From assembly GCA_965644295.1 (NCBI GenBank), contig CBFFRP010000023.1, forward strand, positions 25,064-89,063: 64,000 nt of DNA, in the 5' to 3' direction. The DNA comes from Paraphysomonas bandaiensis (lineage: Eukaryota > Protista > Chrysophyceae). Made by a program: the position numbers and the translations under genes. Within the stretch, counting starts at the first letter, position 1. Every line of letters begins with the position of its first letter. This document shows positions 39,813 to 53,296 of the stretch, one piece after another. The notes under the pieces were generated by a model that had not been told where the DNA came from, searched no databases, and was given only the letters and a program-made list of their open reading frames with translations.

Positions 39813-40017
39813 AACCTCAAGGGCATCTGGGGTATTCGGCATCTGTATTAAGGACAGAGAGCGAAAGTGGTTGCATCTTGGTGCTTGCGGTGACGCACAA
39901 GCAGCTTTCGTAGCGCAAAATAGATATAAGATTTAAGAACTAGTTAGTTAAATTGTTTTGCTACACATTAGTTCTGACTGTTACAAGCCTACTGCTAATA
40001 ATCAGACATTCACTACT
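39813..40017 (+). repeat. 3' half of the dispersed solo-LTR-like repeat
   Basis: ACCTCAAGGGCATC, GGTGCTTGCGGTGACGCACAAGCAGCTTTCGTAGCG, GCTAATAATCAGACATTCACTAC. Confidence 0.8.
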
Positions 40018-40323
40018 TCCCTTTTTTGAGCTTGAGCTTATCGTTTCAGCTTCTTGCTGAACCTTGCATGTAAACTAACTGTTATTCGGGCTATATCTAA
40101 CGGATTCTCTTCAAGGGTATCTTTATCTATCCCACTACAAGAATCATGAACACAGCTGCATTCGTACCCTGCCTTTTTAGAACCCTACTATACTACAGTG
40201 CGTATATATGTGTACTGTGTATATGATATACTGGTGTATTATAGCAATACTACAGCTGTGCCCAGTGGTCCGAAGATGGACTAACACATAAGAGCGTTAA
40301 TGCTATATGTTAATAATGCATAT

Positions 40324-40369
40324 CAGGGATAGCGAACAATATATTGCAATATATTGTTCCCTATCCCTA
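40324..40369. mobile_element. 46-bp hAT mini-element (two family-A TIRs only) with 8-bp TSD
   Basis: CAGGGATAGCGAACAATATATTG|CAATATATTGTTCCCTATCCCTA flanked by ATGCATAT on both sides. Confidence 0.8.
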
Positions 40370-40838
40370 ATGCATATATTAATGAATAATGAAATGTAAA
40401 GAAAATATATTTTGGGTTAAATAATTGGTATATACCCTCTGTATCAGTATCATATATCATACACCAGAAGTTATCTCGGTGTAAGATCGGTACTTCTTAT
40501 ATGCCACATACCGCAGAGTGACTGCTGTGTAAGTGTTCTGGATGGAGAGTACATGTAATGCTCTTAGGGTGTAGTGCGCAGTTAACCAATACTGGCCAAC
40601 GGTGGTGCCCCATTCAGAACTATACTTCCAGCAACTCGTCAGGTGTTGTGGATAAACAAGATCATACGTAACCTTAAGATATTGAATACACAATGCAATA
40701 GTTATTATACAAATATGCATTCTTATTAATATCTCAAGCCTTCTCATAAACCAATGCATTATTACAGTAATAATATTATATATATAACAAATCCATGCAT
40801 TAATGAAGTAAAAAAAATATCATATATCTACAGCGTAT

Positions 40839-41531
40839 TCAAGTAGGAGTTAGGTTATCAACAGCTCGTGAGTAAGGGTAATCCTCACTCTTTACTTTCT
40901 TTCGAATGAAGTCGTGATTTGTTGCCACATTATCCTTAATCAGATGATTCCTTCGTTTCTTGGTCGGCGGACAACTTAAGTTTGCGGTAGCACACTCATC
41001 ATTCTTCACTTTATCACGTAAACGCAATATATTTGTCACAGTCGTGTTACTTCTATTCCCCAAAAGCAGGAGTTTCTATAGTGGTATAGGGAAAATACGT
41101 TATAGTTGGGTTGTAGACCTAATTCTCTTGTGGTTCGGAAATCACCACTATCATATGGAAAATCCTGTAGAATAAAATCCCCCATTTTTTACAATCCTTA
41201 CAACCCCACTGGAAATAGCATACAGGAATACAGTATTTCCTCATCTGTGGACAGCTGTACTCTAATAAGTATACCGTGATGTATTCTAGAAATGGTGGAT
41301 TTCTCGCCACATCTCTTGCATAATACAGTAGGAATTACCAGCACTGGTCACATGAAAAATTGGTATCTGAATACAACAGTTCTGGAAATTTAACGGATTA
41401 CAGCCCCCGTATATTTTACTCTGCAGGAGTTCTGCACTACGTGTTAACGGACAATTATCCGTGTATACCGTGTTGTCTTTTTGACAGTTTGGTGTGGTCA
41501 TGGAGATCATGATGGCATGTACAGGCAGCAA
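40839..41531 (-). CDS. Possible small multi-exon hypothetical gene divergent from PPP4R1
   Basis: Chain of short minus-strand ORFs with plausible GT-AG sites; no recognisable motif. Confidence 0.25.
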
Positions 41532-41683
41532 TAGTCATGATATAGCCATGAACCCCATCTGACTCAGCGACAAGATGCACCACGCACCTATGGGGTTATT
41601 CTAGTGACTGTTTGGAAGTGGTAATGAATACAGCAAGCCTACTACAGTGATATCTCCGTACATATGTCTCAGTTCCTGCAGTA

Positions 41684-44600
41684 TTACAAGTGCGTTATCT
41701 TATATGGCATCGTGATGTGTGTTCTCTCATACGATCGTGTGTGTTCAGATCATTTCAAGGAGGCAAGAACAATAATGCAGCTCCTACATTTGAGGACTTG
41801 TCGATTGATGATAATTTATCGGAGCTGGAGCGCACTGTGCGGTACTGCAAGAGCACTATCGCCCTACAGAGGTACCTCTCTTGCTAATATATGAACACTA
41901 CACTCACATGTTTCTCTCTAGATTAGTTCATGTAAAGTTATTGGCTGATGTTAGCAAAACTGTTGGGTAAGATATATGTAATTCATTCGGCTCGATCTCA
42001 GTGAGAGATAATACAGGGTTGAGAGCACTTGTGAAAATATTTTACCCGTGCTCGAGGCCATTTCGGTAGACTTTGAACCTGCAATTCGTTGTCACTTGTG
42101 CGATCAAATTGCAATGATTGCAAAGGTACACAACATTTCATTTGTTGATCTACAATACAATCGGGCACGGTGTTTGTGCCCAATCGACTGTGTATTCTGC
42201 AATATGATGTACCTATATATTAAAAGTTGCTACATATATGGCAAAAAAGTTTTTATTGTAATAATATTAATTTTGTAGTACTGTGTTGAGGACGGTGGAG
42301 ACAAAGGGTACCAGATGGTATTGGATGCCATCCTTCCCATACTGGCACGTCTTCTTGAGGACGACAAAGTTGATGTAAGTATTTATATGGTAATAACGGT
42401 TGTCTTCACTTGCGTGTTCATCTGAATGCTCACATGACGTATGGCAACCCTGTTGCATGTTATCGGCTATTATATATGTCCTGCTGGCGTCTCGTATTGA
42501 CGTATCACAATGTAGGTTCGACACGCTGCGAGTGCTGCACTGGTCACTGTAGCGCAATACATTCAACCTCCAGATCTAGGCCAGCATATATTGACCATCA
42601 TACTGGTAAAGCCCGACTAACAGTTGTCTGTTGTTTGGTGTTATAGTCTTGTGCATTTGTCTTGGTATATTTGATATAAGTCCCGTGTGGGTCTCTTTGC
42701 TTATTCTTTATATTCAGCAACTTGCTCATGAGGATGATAACGAAGAAATGCGTATGACTGCATCTGAACTCCTTAACTTGCTTGCGGAGCACCTTGGTTT
42801 CGATCTCTGCAAACAATTCGTTATTCCGGAAGTGGTATCCCTCGCCGAGGACCCTGTGTTTCGTGTACGTAAGTCCACCGCGTTAAACTTACACAACGTC
42901 TGCAAGGTTGGTGGTGAGTATGAGCTCTTCGAGCGACTGATGCCAGCTTTTGTTCGCCTATCGAAAGACGATATGTATCGCGTTCGACGGGCTTGTGCGG
43001 AGAGTTTATGCGAAATATCGAAACATGTCAGTGATGATATTCGTGCTGGAGTCCTTGTGGAGATTTTTCTTCGTCTCGCACAAGACCCCTCAAAATTAGT
43101 GAAACAAAGTGTCCTGCAGCAGTCCGGGATGTTTATAACTACCCTCCCTCCTCGGGTGATCAACAGTGTCATTCTCGACCACTACTGCAACATGGTCAAC
43201 TCGCCAACTGGCGACATGGTAGTGGATGCAGAGCTACGTCAGTCGTGTGCATACAGTTTTCCTGGTGTGCTGCAGACGGTGGGCGCCGAACGCTGGCCTG
43301 AACTCAGACAGGTATTAGTAGTAATGCGCGTATATGCAATTCCACTGAGCGTTTGGACGTAGGTATATCATGCATTAGTCCAGTCCTCCGACACAAACGT
43401 TAAGCAAACTTTAGCACTTTCATTACATGAAGTTGCTAGAATTATTGGTACAAAGTTAGCCGAAGAAGAGTTGGTTGCTGTATTCGAGGAGATGATACAG
43501 GTACAGTGCCCATACTTGACGTTTTTCATGCGATATACGCCATCTCTGTATTGTCCGCGCTGACACTCTATTTGTGGATGAATACCTCATGGTTATTGTT
43601 GTCATTCAGCCGGAGCAGCCATATCTTTCTTCCTCTATATGGTCAAGGGGTAGTGCTCAGGCGTCTTTTCTTGTTGCTTGCGCATCAGATTCTGAAGCAA
43701 GTGGTTCGAAAGGGTTTTCTCTTAAGGTCTTGTCATTTGTCTAGTCGCTATTTTCTCACTGTTACATCAGCAGTTGGGAAATATTTTATCATTGATATTT
43801 TAGATCTGTATTTATTGGCAGTGATGCGTAAAATTACATCTTCAATGGTGCGGAATTCATACATTTTGCTAACGGTTTTTTGTATTGCTGTAGGATATCG
43901 AGGTCGTTCGAATGGGAGTAATTAAGTACCTCGCACATTTTCTACGACTCTTATCCATGCCGTGTCGAGTCTCCTACCTTCCGCTGCTAGATGACATTCT
44001 GCAATCATCATCTCCTTTTAACTGGCGTCTTCGGAAGGCACTTGCGAAGCAGCTCCCGGAACTTGTGACACTCCCTCCGCCCCAGAATGTCTTTAGCACT
44101 TTGTTTCCCCTTGCGATGACGTTACTTCAAGACCCGGTGGCGCAAGTGCGCCTTGAGTCGTACAAGGGTGTTGCTAGGATGATAGCGGTCATTCAGCCCG
44201 GATATGTTCCGTCCTATTTTGAAGAACAGGAAGACGGTACATTTGCTTCCCCTTTAGCTGTAACGGAAGAGGAGGGCACCCAGTATCTCACAGGTGTTTC
44301 TCGAGCCATTAATGCTCTGGTGTATGGGGAAACTTATCAGCAAAGGCAGACATGGGCTGAGCTTTCTACAGAGCTTGTGAAAACACTCCCGGAAAAAGTG
44401 TTCGAGAAGTATTTCTTATCTGGTGTATTCCAGCTTGCCAGTGACCCTGTGTTGAACGTCCGTGTTAGCGTCGCTGAAATGCTCTCTGGATGGGAACCCA
44501 CGCACCCTGCACCATGGGAAGATGATGCGTCCCCATGGAAATGGCTTTTGGATAGACCGGATATTCGCCATTGTATTCAACGCCTTTCTCGTGATGACAA

Positions 44601-45312
44601 CGATGTGTACATTGCAATGAGAAAATTAAAACCGTACTTTCCAGAAATAGAATTCGAAAGTATATCTTGTCGAGGATTAAAGCAGGCTCCTTGGGGGGAG
44701 TTACCTGTTGGAAATAGTAGTAGCGAGGCAGCTGATATGGACCAACCTACATCTTTTGTTCTCATGCCCAGTGCAGCTACGAATGGCGGATCACCTTCGT
44801 CACAGCCTTCACCGAGAACTGGAGATGATGACAAGTGTGAAAACGAGGATGATGTAGATACATTACCTGCTGGTCAGAACACAGAGACATTTGTCCGCCA
44901 AGTGAAGGTTGCCCGCCGCTGCACCCCGTCCCCTACGAAAGATGTGCTGAATCCGGAGGACATTTTACCAGCTTCAGAATTGCCACCCTCCATGCAGAGT
45001 AATGATAATAATGGTGAGCCTACTTTTTTTGATAGCGTGAGGACTCCAGGTGACAGCGCCTATGATGCAGATGTAGACCTGGAGCCTGAGAGTTTGTCAT
45101 CCCCTTGTCATGATATAGCATTGCCAGGGGACCAACAGAAATCAACTGACTTACCATCGGACCACGTAAACTCCAGTATGAATAATGTCTCGACAAATCA
45201 CTGCGATTCCCATGTACATGATGAATCGCCAGATATGGGTGGCAAGCTTTCAAATTACGATAAATATGAAACAGCCAGAGCTATTTCGGAAAACGTAGAG
45301 GATAGCTATTAA
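41684..45312 (+). CDS. PPP4R1: Serine/threonine phosphatase 4 regulatory subunit 1-like HEAT protein, multi-exon
   Basis: DDNLSELERTVRYCKS, LAEDPVFRVRK, CAYSFPGVLQTVG..RWPEL, LALSLHEVARI, FNWRLR, DPVLNVRV. Confidence 0.8.
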
Positions 45313-46290
45313 TATCTAATTTACTGATTGTTAAGTCTGAGAATGGAAATATGCGTTAATGGTATAAAACACAAGTATTTCGATACAATATCACATCTCG
45401 TTTTACCGCTCGTTAGGAAGGTAATGTATCATAATTGAAGTGATATAAAGAATCAGTTTTATTTATTTATTCGCTAATTATCTATCCGTCCTATTGGGGG
45501 TAAGGTGTTGAGGCAGAATATCGGATAACTAAAATTCAAATTTATTTATCCTTTATTTCTTATTCGTGTGGTTCCACAACATCAACCACTTCATTTCTCT
45601 CATTTAAATACAGTCATGTTTGGTATGTACCAGGGATAGGGAACAATATATTGTACTAAAATTTATTGTAAAATATATTGATTGGAGGACTGGTCAAATA
45701 TTCCATCAATATTGTTTCTGTTAAAGTAGCTGACAATAGTATTGCAATCATTATAATGATAGTTGACAAGATCTGATAGAGACGCTGTTAGAATATATCT
45801 CCGTTCAGGCAGTGATTATTGCAAGTTGGCTATGCTCAATAATTCTTCAATCAACTCAAAATATTAAGAAATATCTAGTACAGGTGCACGAGTCATGTAG
45901 TATATACTTTCCATACATGTGAACGCCTGTTCAGCGCAGCAAAACTGATTATATCAGTGTTGCGCATCCTACTGCACTTAATATATATCAGGGTATGGTA
46001 ACCATTAATGAGCCATTAATGGTAGTCCAGTTCCCGGCAAATATAATGGCCGTTAATGGCCATTATTACCTACAAACTGAAAGTAGATAATACCGCTCAT
46101 AAGAGATAGTGTGGTGTTCCTTTAATTACTAATTCTTAATTAAATAGCACACTAGGAATTGTAACTACTTCTCGCTATCTACTGGCACATAAGGATCTCT
46201 TTTCAGCAGGGCTGCGTATCAATTAATTGTCAATTATTGAAATTGCAATTGTTGAAATTGGGACATCGATTCATAATTGCAATTATAATT

Positions 46291-49200
46291 TGTTGGAATA
46301 CGTATGGTTCTCTAAGATAGTACTGTAGAATACGTTAAATACAATGTGAAAAAACAGTAATACGTAGTCAATAGTCAAAGGTGCTATATAGCTATAACTG
46401 TGAAACTGAAGTATTATATCATGACGATTCAAGATACGGAAGTTGAGCAGTGGTTGACATGAACGAAATAATTTATCATGTTGTTGACATGTGTTACATG
46501 ACAACACATACAATTGTGTATACAATCATAATAAAGTAATCTATCTAGTTTGACTAACTTAAACTTCTCTTACAACGATCTTAATCATCTGAAAATGGTC
46601 ATTAGTCAATATGGTAGCGAATGCGGAGGAGAGAAGGAGGATAGAGCTGATGTTCCATGGTTCGACGAGAGCAACGTTGAACAATGGATCGAAGACTTTG
46701 AGACGTTTCTTATGAGAAAGGAGCAGAGTGAGGTGGCTCTAGAAAGGCCACCAGAGGAAGAGGATTTCGGAATTCAACCCCTGAATAGTCTTGAGACCAA
46801 GTCCTACAAAGAAGCGGTGGACAAGTATTGGAAGGCGAATGCAATTGCCTACTCATACTGCAGAGAGGCGGTGAAGCGATCTCCGAAGGCGCTGCAGAAG
46901 TTTCATCTGAAGCACAAGGAGTTCAAGGCAGCTGAAGGAAGAGTTAATAAGTTCAGCGCCAGAGAGATGGTTAGCACTCTTAAATCGTGTTTTGAAGGGG
47001 GAACACAAAACAAGATTAGTGCTCTGCTTGCTCAGTTTGGATCATTCGAGATGAAGCCAGGGGAGACCGCGAAAGAGTATGTACTGCGTTTTGAGCTGCT
47101 TCTTCGTGAACTTCAGGCGCATAACCAAACGGTAACGGAAGAATCAAAAATTAGTAGGCTGAAGGAGGGAATTATCAGTGATGAATATGACGGTTTGAAT
47201 TATGCCCTGTATTTAATGCCCGATGATGTACCATATGAATTGCTATCCAAACGTATCGAACAGTTCGACGACACCAAGTATGGGAGGAAAATCATAGAGA
47301 AGAAGCGCAAGAGCACGGAGGAGCTGAATCATATTGAAAAGCCTCGAAAGAAAGAGAGAGTATCTACAAAGAGGAAGTGCACTTATTGCTCGAAGAAAGG
47401 TATAATACACAATCATAATACAGAACAATGTAGGAAGAAAAAGGGGGAAACGAAGGGACAAAGACCGGGCAGTAAGGAATATACAGGATGCAGAGTATGC
47501 AAATCCAAAAACCATCGCGCGAACGAATGTCCCCGAAATTCGACTGGAAAGACCAAGAAACCCCAGAAATCTGGGAAGGTTTTCACATTCGAGAATATCC
47601 GCAGAGGAGGAACCGAGTCTGACTCGGAGTCCGAAGCGAATATGCTTTATGACTGTGCTGTTGATATATATGATAAAAGTGACACATGTTGTATGATTGG
47701 TACTGCTGAACACTATACATACATAGATACATGCTGTTCATCATCAATGTTCTTGATGAATGATGTGACCATGCTTGACACTCATATGAATACATCAAAG
47801 GTGATAAACGGATCTAAGAAGGGATCAGAGATTCATATCACAAGTGTGGGTTCCCGTGGAGCATGGAGAGACATAGAAATTTCAGATCAGATCAATCGAT
47901 GCCTGTGCTCCGGACGTAAGCTGAACGAAATGGGCTATCGATTCACGGTGTGGTATGGGATCCAAATTTATGACTGTAATACCGGTGAGCTGGTACTGGA
48001 GGGACCCATGAAAAATGGAATGACTGCAGTTCCAACTCAGCAGCTGTTGGAGCTTCCAGATGTGTCTACACCGAGTAATTGTGAAGTAAATCTTAGCGAT
48101 AGGACTGGTGAGGACGAGCTGGAACTGCTGCATAGGAGAATGGGCCATTTCAACAAAGGGGCTCTAACGGAGGCACATAGAAGGATGTTGTTCACGGGCT
48201 CAAATCTGCAGAGGAAGCACCTATCGAAGACTGCATTAAAAAAATCTTGTCTCTGTAGCATATGTGCCAGATCAAAGATTACGAGAGTTTCGTTTCACAC
48301 AAAGGAGGATACGGATGTCAAGCCGGACATATCGGCTGATGTGCAAGTATTTCTGAATACTCCCGCTCGAGGTGATGAGCGCTACGTGATCAAACTAACT
48401 CATCACCCGAGTAGGATGTTCTGGGTAAAAGGCGTAAACCAGCGTACTAAAGAAGAAGTGATTCAGTTTTTTAGAGAGGTGTTCGAAGGAGAGATTAGGC
48501 AATATAAGCTGAGAGTGGACCACTACCACGCTGATGGAGCTGGAGAACTCATAAATCAAGAACTTAGGAGCTATTTGAGATCACAAGGCTGCTACAAACA
48601 TACTTGGTCTTCAACAGATAGTCCGGAAATGAATGCAGTAGAGGAGCGAAAATTCAGGACTGCATCAGAGATGGCGTTGGCGATGTTGTTGCAGTCAGGC
48701 CTACCGGTTCCATTCTGGTTAGACGCGTATCATGCTGCTCGCTATACACTGATCAGACTCCCTACAAGGACGGACAGAGGATACATGTCCCCATATGAGT
48801 ATGTCACGGGTCAGCCACCCAGTTTGAAATATTTTAGAGTATGGGGGTGCAAAACTTATATATTGACACCTAAGGCGGACAGGCGAAAGGACTGGGACGA
48901 TAAATCAAAGATTGGATACCTAGTGGGATATTCGGAAGATAAAGTTGGATACCAGGTGTATCTCCCAGCAACCGATAAGGTAATTACGTGTGTACACATA
49001 CTCACAGATGAGAGTATACCTTCCCGCACCGAAGAATATTACGCAGAAATCGACGCTCTTCGAGTACGAACAGCACCTAGACCAAAGACGGTGAATGATT
49101 ATCAGCATCTCGTGAAGACTTTTCACATAGACGATGAAGACGGGCTGTTGTACAAGACCACCAGAGTGGTAGAAAGAAAGGGTGTCATTGTTGGTTATCG

Positions 49201-51802
49201 GTCACTTGTAACTGCGGGGAGAACCCACATTGAGCAGAAGGTACCCATACATATAGAAGATGTTCAGGTAATGACAAGGAATACGCCTGGATACACGGGA
49301 TATACGGGAACGAGGGACGCTTCTAGTACCACTGATGGACGGAGTACGTCCACTATCCCAGCACCTGAGAGCCATCAGGAGCAGCTAGTTAACCATGGTA
49401 TTATTCAGGGAGCACCTGATGAAGATATGACTCAAGGAGTACTTGATGCAGATGCAGCTCAGGGAGAACCTGATCGAGCAGTAAAACAGGGAGTACCTGA
49501 ATATACTGATACTATAAATTCTAACAGTACTAATACCCTACAGAGAGTATCTAAAAGGGATGCAGAGAAACGTAAGCGTTTACGGAGGAGGCTAGCTAAT
49601 GCTTCAGTGTTAGGAGAAATTAACATGATAGAGGTAATGGATGCCGATGTAAATGTCATGGATTCAGAGGAGAGTACTGAGAATAAACACGTCCATGAAC
49701 CGAACAGTTTTCTAGAGGCGGAGAGGTCCCCTCAAGCGGAAGAATGGAGAACAGCCAGACGAATAGAGAAGAAAGCTCTTTTACGAAGAGGCGTTTTGAA
49801 GATAGTACGTCGACCATCTGGGGTCAAATTAATCAGATGTAAGTATGTTCACAAACTCAAGCGTGACATACTAGGCAACATACAGAAGTATAAAGCTCGA
49901 CTAGTCGCACTAGGAAATCTTCAGGAGAAAACTGAGGAGGAGCCATCTACATTTGCACCGGTTGTCAAAGGGATAACTATCAGGCTCGTGATTGCAATTG
50001 CTTTTATGTTCCATATGCATGTACACCAGCTTGATGTCAGTTCTGCATTTTGTTATGCAAATTTAGATGAAGATGTCTACATGTACCCACCTCCAGATGA
50101 GGAGCTCAGCAATGGATGGTGCTTTAAACTCATCAAAGCACTATATGGTTTACGAGCCTCACCGCGTCAGTGGAATCGCCACATCGATAAATTCATAAAG
50201 TCAATGCAGTTTAGATCATGCGTGTTAGATACCTGCTTATATTATCGTTGGCACCAAGGCAAACTTACGTTATTACTCCTGTATGTAGATGACATCATTA
50301 TCGCATAAGTGGATTTTGAATTCCTTGTTTTTGTCAAGAACAAGTTCTGCCAAACGTTTGAAATGAGGGACATGGGAGAGTGCCAAAGTTTCCTAAATAT
50401 TCGAATCACGAGAGGCGAAGACTGGTTCAAACTAGATCAATCGAAGTATGCGGAGAAAGTGATTCAGAAATTCAACCATGTCATGGGAAACAGTAGAAAG
50501 AATAAGGAAGCTCCGTTGCCATCAAATGCACAAGAACTACTAGCTGCAGAACGGGAACTTACATCAGAACAGGAGGAATGGGTCTCAAAATTTCCGTATC
50601 GTAGTATTATTGGAGCAATCCTGTATCTCGCACTCCACACAAGACCAGATCTCGCCTATATGCAATCGGACTACTATCGAGATACAGCAGTAATCCTACA
50701 TACGCATCGTGTCGTTTAGCTATTCATTTATTGAAATATTTGAGAGGCACCACCAGCAAAGGAATCAAATTCAGTGGGAGTAAGTTTGATTTACATGTAT
50801 TTAGTGATGCGGACTGGGCAGGTGATATACTAACGAGACGTTCAACTACCGGTTATATTGTATTCTTATGTGCTGGAGCAATCGCATGGCAGTCCAAACT
50901 GCAGACTACAGTTGCAACTTCCAGTATGGAGTCCGAGTATATGGCAAAATATGCGGCCATGCAAGAACTGGTGTGGCTACGGGGGGTGTTACGAGAGCTA
51001 GGACTCGCATTGACGAAGCCAACCCCATTCTTCATGGACAGCAAGAGTGCAAAAGATCTGTCAGAAAATCCAGTCTACCACAAAAGATCAAAACATATTC
51101 AGATAAAGTACCACTGGGTTCGGGAACACGTAAATGGAAGGTTTCCTACAGCCAGATTGATTCATGTATCGACTAAGGATATGGCGGCCGACATATTTAC
51201 AAAAGCGTTATCTACAAAGCTCTTTAAACTCCATGAAGAAACTATCACAGGGGAAAAGAGGAGCATTTCAAATGAAGTTGAGAAGAATCAGAAGAAGCAG
51301 TTCAAGAAAGGTTAAGGGTGTGTTTTTAGTGGGTAAGAATCCCACATAACTGTGTTACAGCGAAGTGTGATGTTCACAGTATCTTTATGAAGATTTTCAC
51401 ATCCGTTTTATCCTAAGATGACTAGATGATATATATAGCTGCAGTATAACGACGATTACTCGTTTCTACATTGAGGAGGAGTGTTGGAATACGTATGGTT
51501 CTCTAAGATAGTACTGTAGAATACGTTAAATACAATGTGAAAAAACAGTAATACGTAGTCAATAGTCAAAGGTGCTATATAGCTATAACTGTGAAACTGA
51601 AGTATTATATCATGACGATTCAAGATACGGAAGTTGAGCAGTGGTTGACATGAACGAAATAATTTATCATGTTGTTGACATGTGTTACATGACAACACAT
51701 ACAATTGTGTATACAATCATAATAAAGTAATCTATCTAGTTTGACTAACTTAAACTTCTCTTACAACGATCTTAATCATCTGAAAATGGTCATTAGTCAA
51801 TA
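46291..51802 (+). mobile_element. Full-length Ty1/copia LTR retrotransposon
   Basis: 321-bp LTRs at 46291-46611 and 51482-51802, identical by eye; 5-bp TSD TAATT; PBS TGGTAGCGA at 46612; PPT GAGGAGGAG before 51482; domain order gag-PR-IN-RT-RH. Confidence 0.97.
46595..51315 (+). pseudogene. Copia gag-pol with premature stop and frameshift
   Basis: Zinc knuckle CRVCKSKNHRANEC; IDTCC protease; HRRMGH..CSIC; HADGAGE/NAVEER integrase; YKARLVA, QLDVSSAF, YVDD RT; SDADWAGD RNase H; TAA at 50306-50308; frame change near 50655-50660. Confidence 0.93.
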
Positions 51803-51925
51803 TAATTGACTCCAGCTAGCTTCAATTAATTGACAATTAATTGATACGCAGCCCTGCTTTTCAGGGCTTCATGGAGGGTATAAGCATCCCACAGCATGTA
51901 ATTGGCTCGTAGGAAGAGCAACGAT

Positions 51926-52060
51926 TTAAGACGATATAGATTCATGTTTCATGTTTCTACGCTCAGGTGTGAAAAACAACTTTGCACGACTAAAGAGCCT
52001 CTCAACAACACTAGATTGTGCTTCAATATGCCAATATGAAGCAAGCAGCGGTAGATGGTA
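51926..52060 (-). pseudogene. hAT transposase C-terminal dimerisation-domain remnant
   Basis: AQSSVVERLFSRAKLFFTPERRNMKHESI fits the SxxxERxFS..R hATC motif; upstream frames are broken. Confidence 0.65.
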
Positions 52061-52561
52061 GTTGGACTCATAGGTACCAAGTCGAGATTTCTTGGTGGCA
52101 CGCTGTGCAAAATCAGTTGCTTCACTCTCGTCCTCGTTATTTCTGTAGGGTGCACCAACATCAATGGATGAATCCAGTTGCAAATGTCTAACTGCTCTTA
52201 TCTCGTTTTGCCTGTCAACTCTCTTTCATCGTTCCTTTGAACTGCCTTCTCAAAAGTTACACTGGCAACAATGCTTGACTCCAGGGAATTTTTTTATTTA
52301 CCTTTTACTTGATTTACTATCGTTAACTTATAATACATCACCTCTTGCACCTGCTCCTCCTCTACGATAACTACAAAAGCTTGCCCAATAAAAACTTGAA
52401 TTCACAAGGAATACGCTTTGACTAAATTGACGAATGTAGCGCTGACAACCAACGTTACTTTAAGTGACAAATATAAGAACAGTTCTGTAGAGGTCAATGC
52501 GATTGCCGATTATTACACATGCATACGACTACAATATCTAGATAAGAAATCTTTCAACAAA

Positions 52562-53296
52562 TTAAAGGTCTTCTACTTGCACATCACCCTCATCACCATG
52601 CTCGGGCTGATCTGAGGTCCACAATGTGAGGTTGTCTCTGAGAAGCTGCATGATGAGGGTAGAGTCCTTGTAAGATTCCTCGGAGAGGGTATCAAGCTCG
52701 GCAATGGCATCATCGAAGGCCTGCTTGGCGAGCTGGCAAGCGCGGTCAGGAGAGTTGAGAATTTCGTAGTAGAACACAGAAAAGTTGAGGGCAAGACCAA
52801 GTCTGATTGGGTGGGTAGGAGGAAGGTCGGAGTTGGCAATGGTGGAAGCGGATGAGTAAGCCTCAAGAGCCTTAGCGGCGGACTCCTTACGCACATCACC
52901 AGACTGAAACTCAGCCAAGTATCTGTGGTAGTCACCCTTCATCTTGTAGTAAAACACTTTACCCTCCTCAGAGTCCGAGTTAGGGATGAGCTCGTTCTTG
53001 ATGATCTCAAGAATGTCACCGCAGATGTCCTCGAGCTCCGACTCTATCTTGCTCTTATAGTTAGCAATAAGAGACAGACGCTCCGCCTCTCCCTTCTGCT
53101 CGATGGAAGAGATCACTCTCCAGGATGCACGACGGGAACCGATGACGTTCTTGTAGGCAACAGAGAGGAGGTTTCTCTCTTCGACAGTGAGCTCTTGAGG
53201 CTGCTGAGCCACTGCTTTCATGTGATCAACCATCTCGTCGAATCTCTCAGCCTGCTCGGCCAACTTGGCCATGTATACGAGTGAATCTCTGTCCAT
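52562..53296 (-). CDS. 14-3-3 protein
   Basis: [20 protein letters not shown]; [20 protein letters not shown]; [20 protein letters not shown]. Confidence 0.99.
   Translation of the reverse strand: MDRDSLVYMAKLAEQAERFDEMVDHMKAVAQQPQELTVEERNLLSVAYKNVIGSRRASWRVISSIEQKGEAERLSLIANYKSKIESELEDICGDILEIIKNELIPNSDSEEGKVFYYKMKGDYHRYLAEFQSGDVRKESAAKALEAYSSASTIANSDLPPTHPIRLGLALNFSVFYYEILNSPDRACQLAKQAFDDAIAELDTLSEESYKDSTLIMQLLRDNLTLWTSDQPEHGDEGDVQVEDL

Larger units (their letters stand above)
46207..51856. mobile_element. hAT-type MITE family B (~133 bp when empty) interrupted by the copia element
   Basis: Perfect 30-bp TIR CAGGGCTGCGTATCAATTAATTGTCAATTA; perfect 8-bp TSD CTTTTCAG at 46199-46206 and 51857-51864. 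Confidence 0.92.

Noticed and set aside
50306-50308. Programmed readthrough or alternative genetic code at the pol TAA
   Set aside because: TAA terminates many host genes here, it lies in the middle of RT, and a frameshift follows; simple mutation or sequencing error is more likely.
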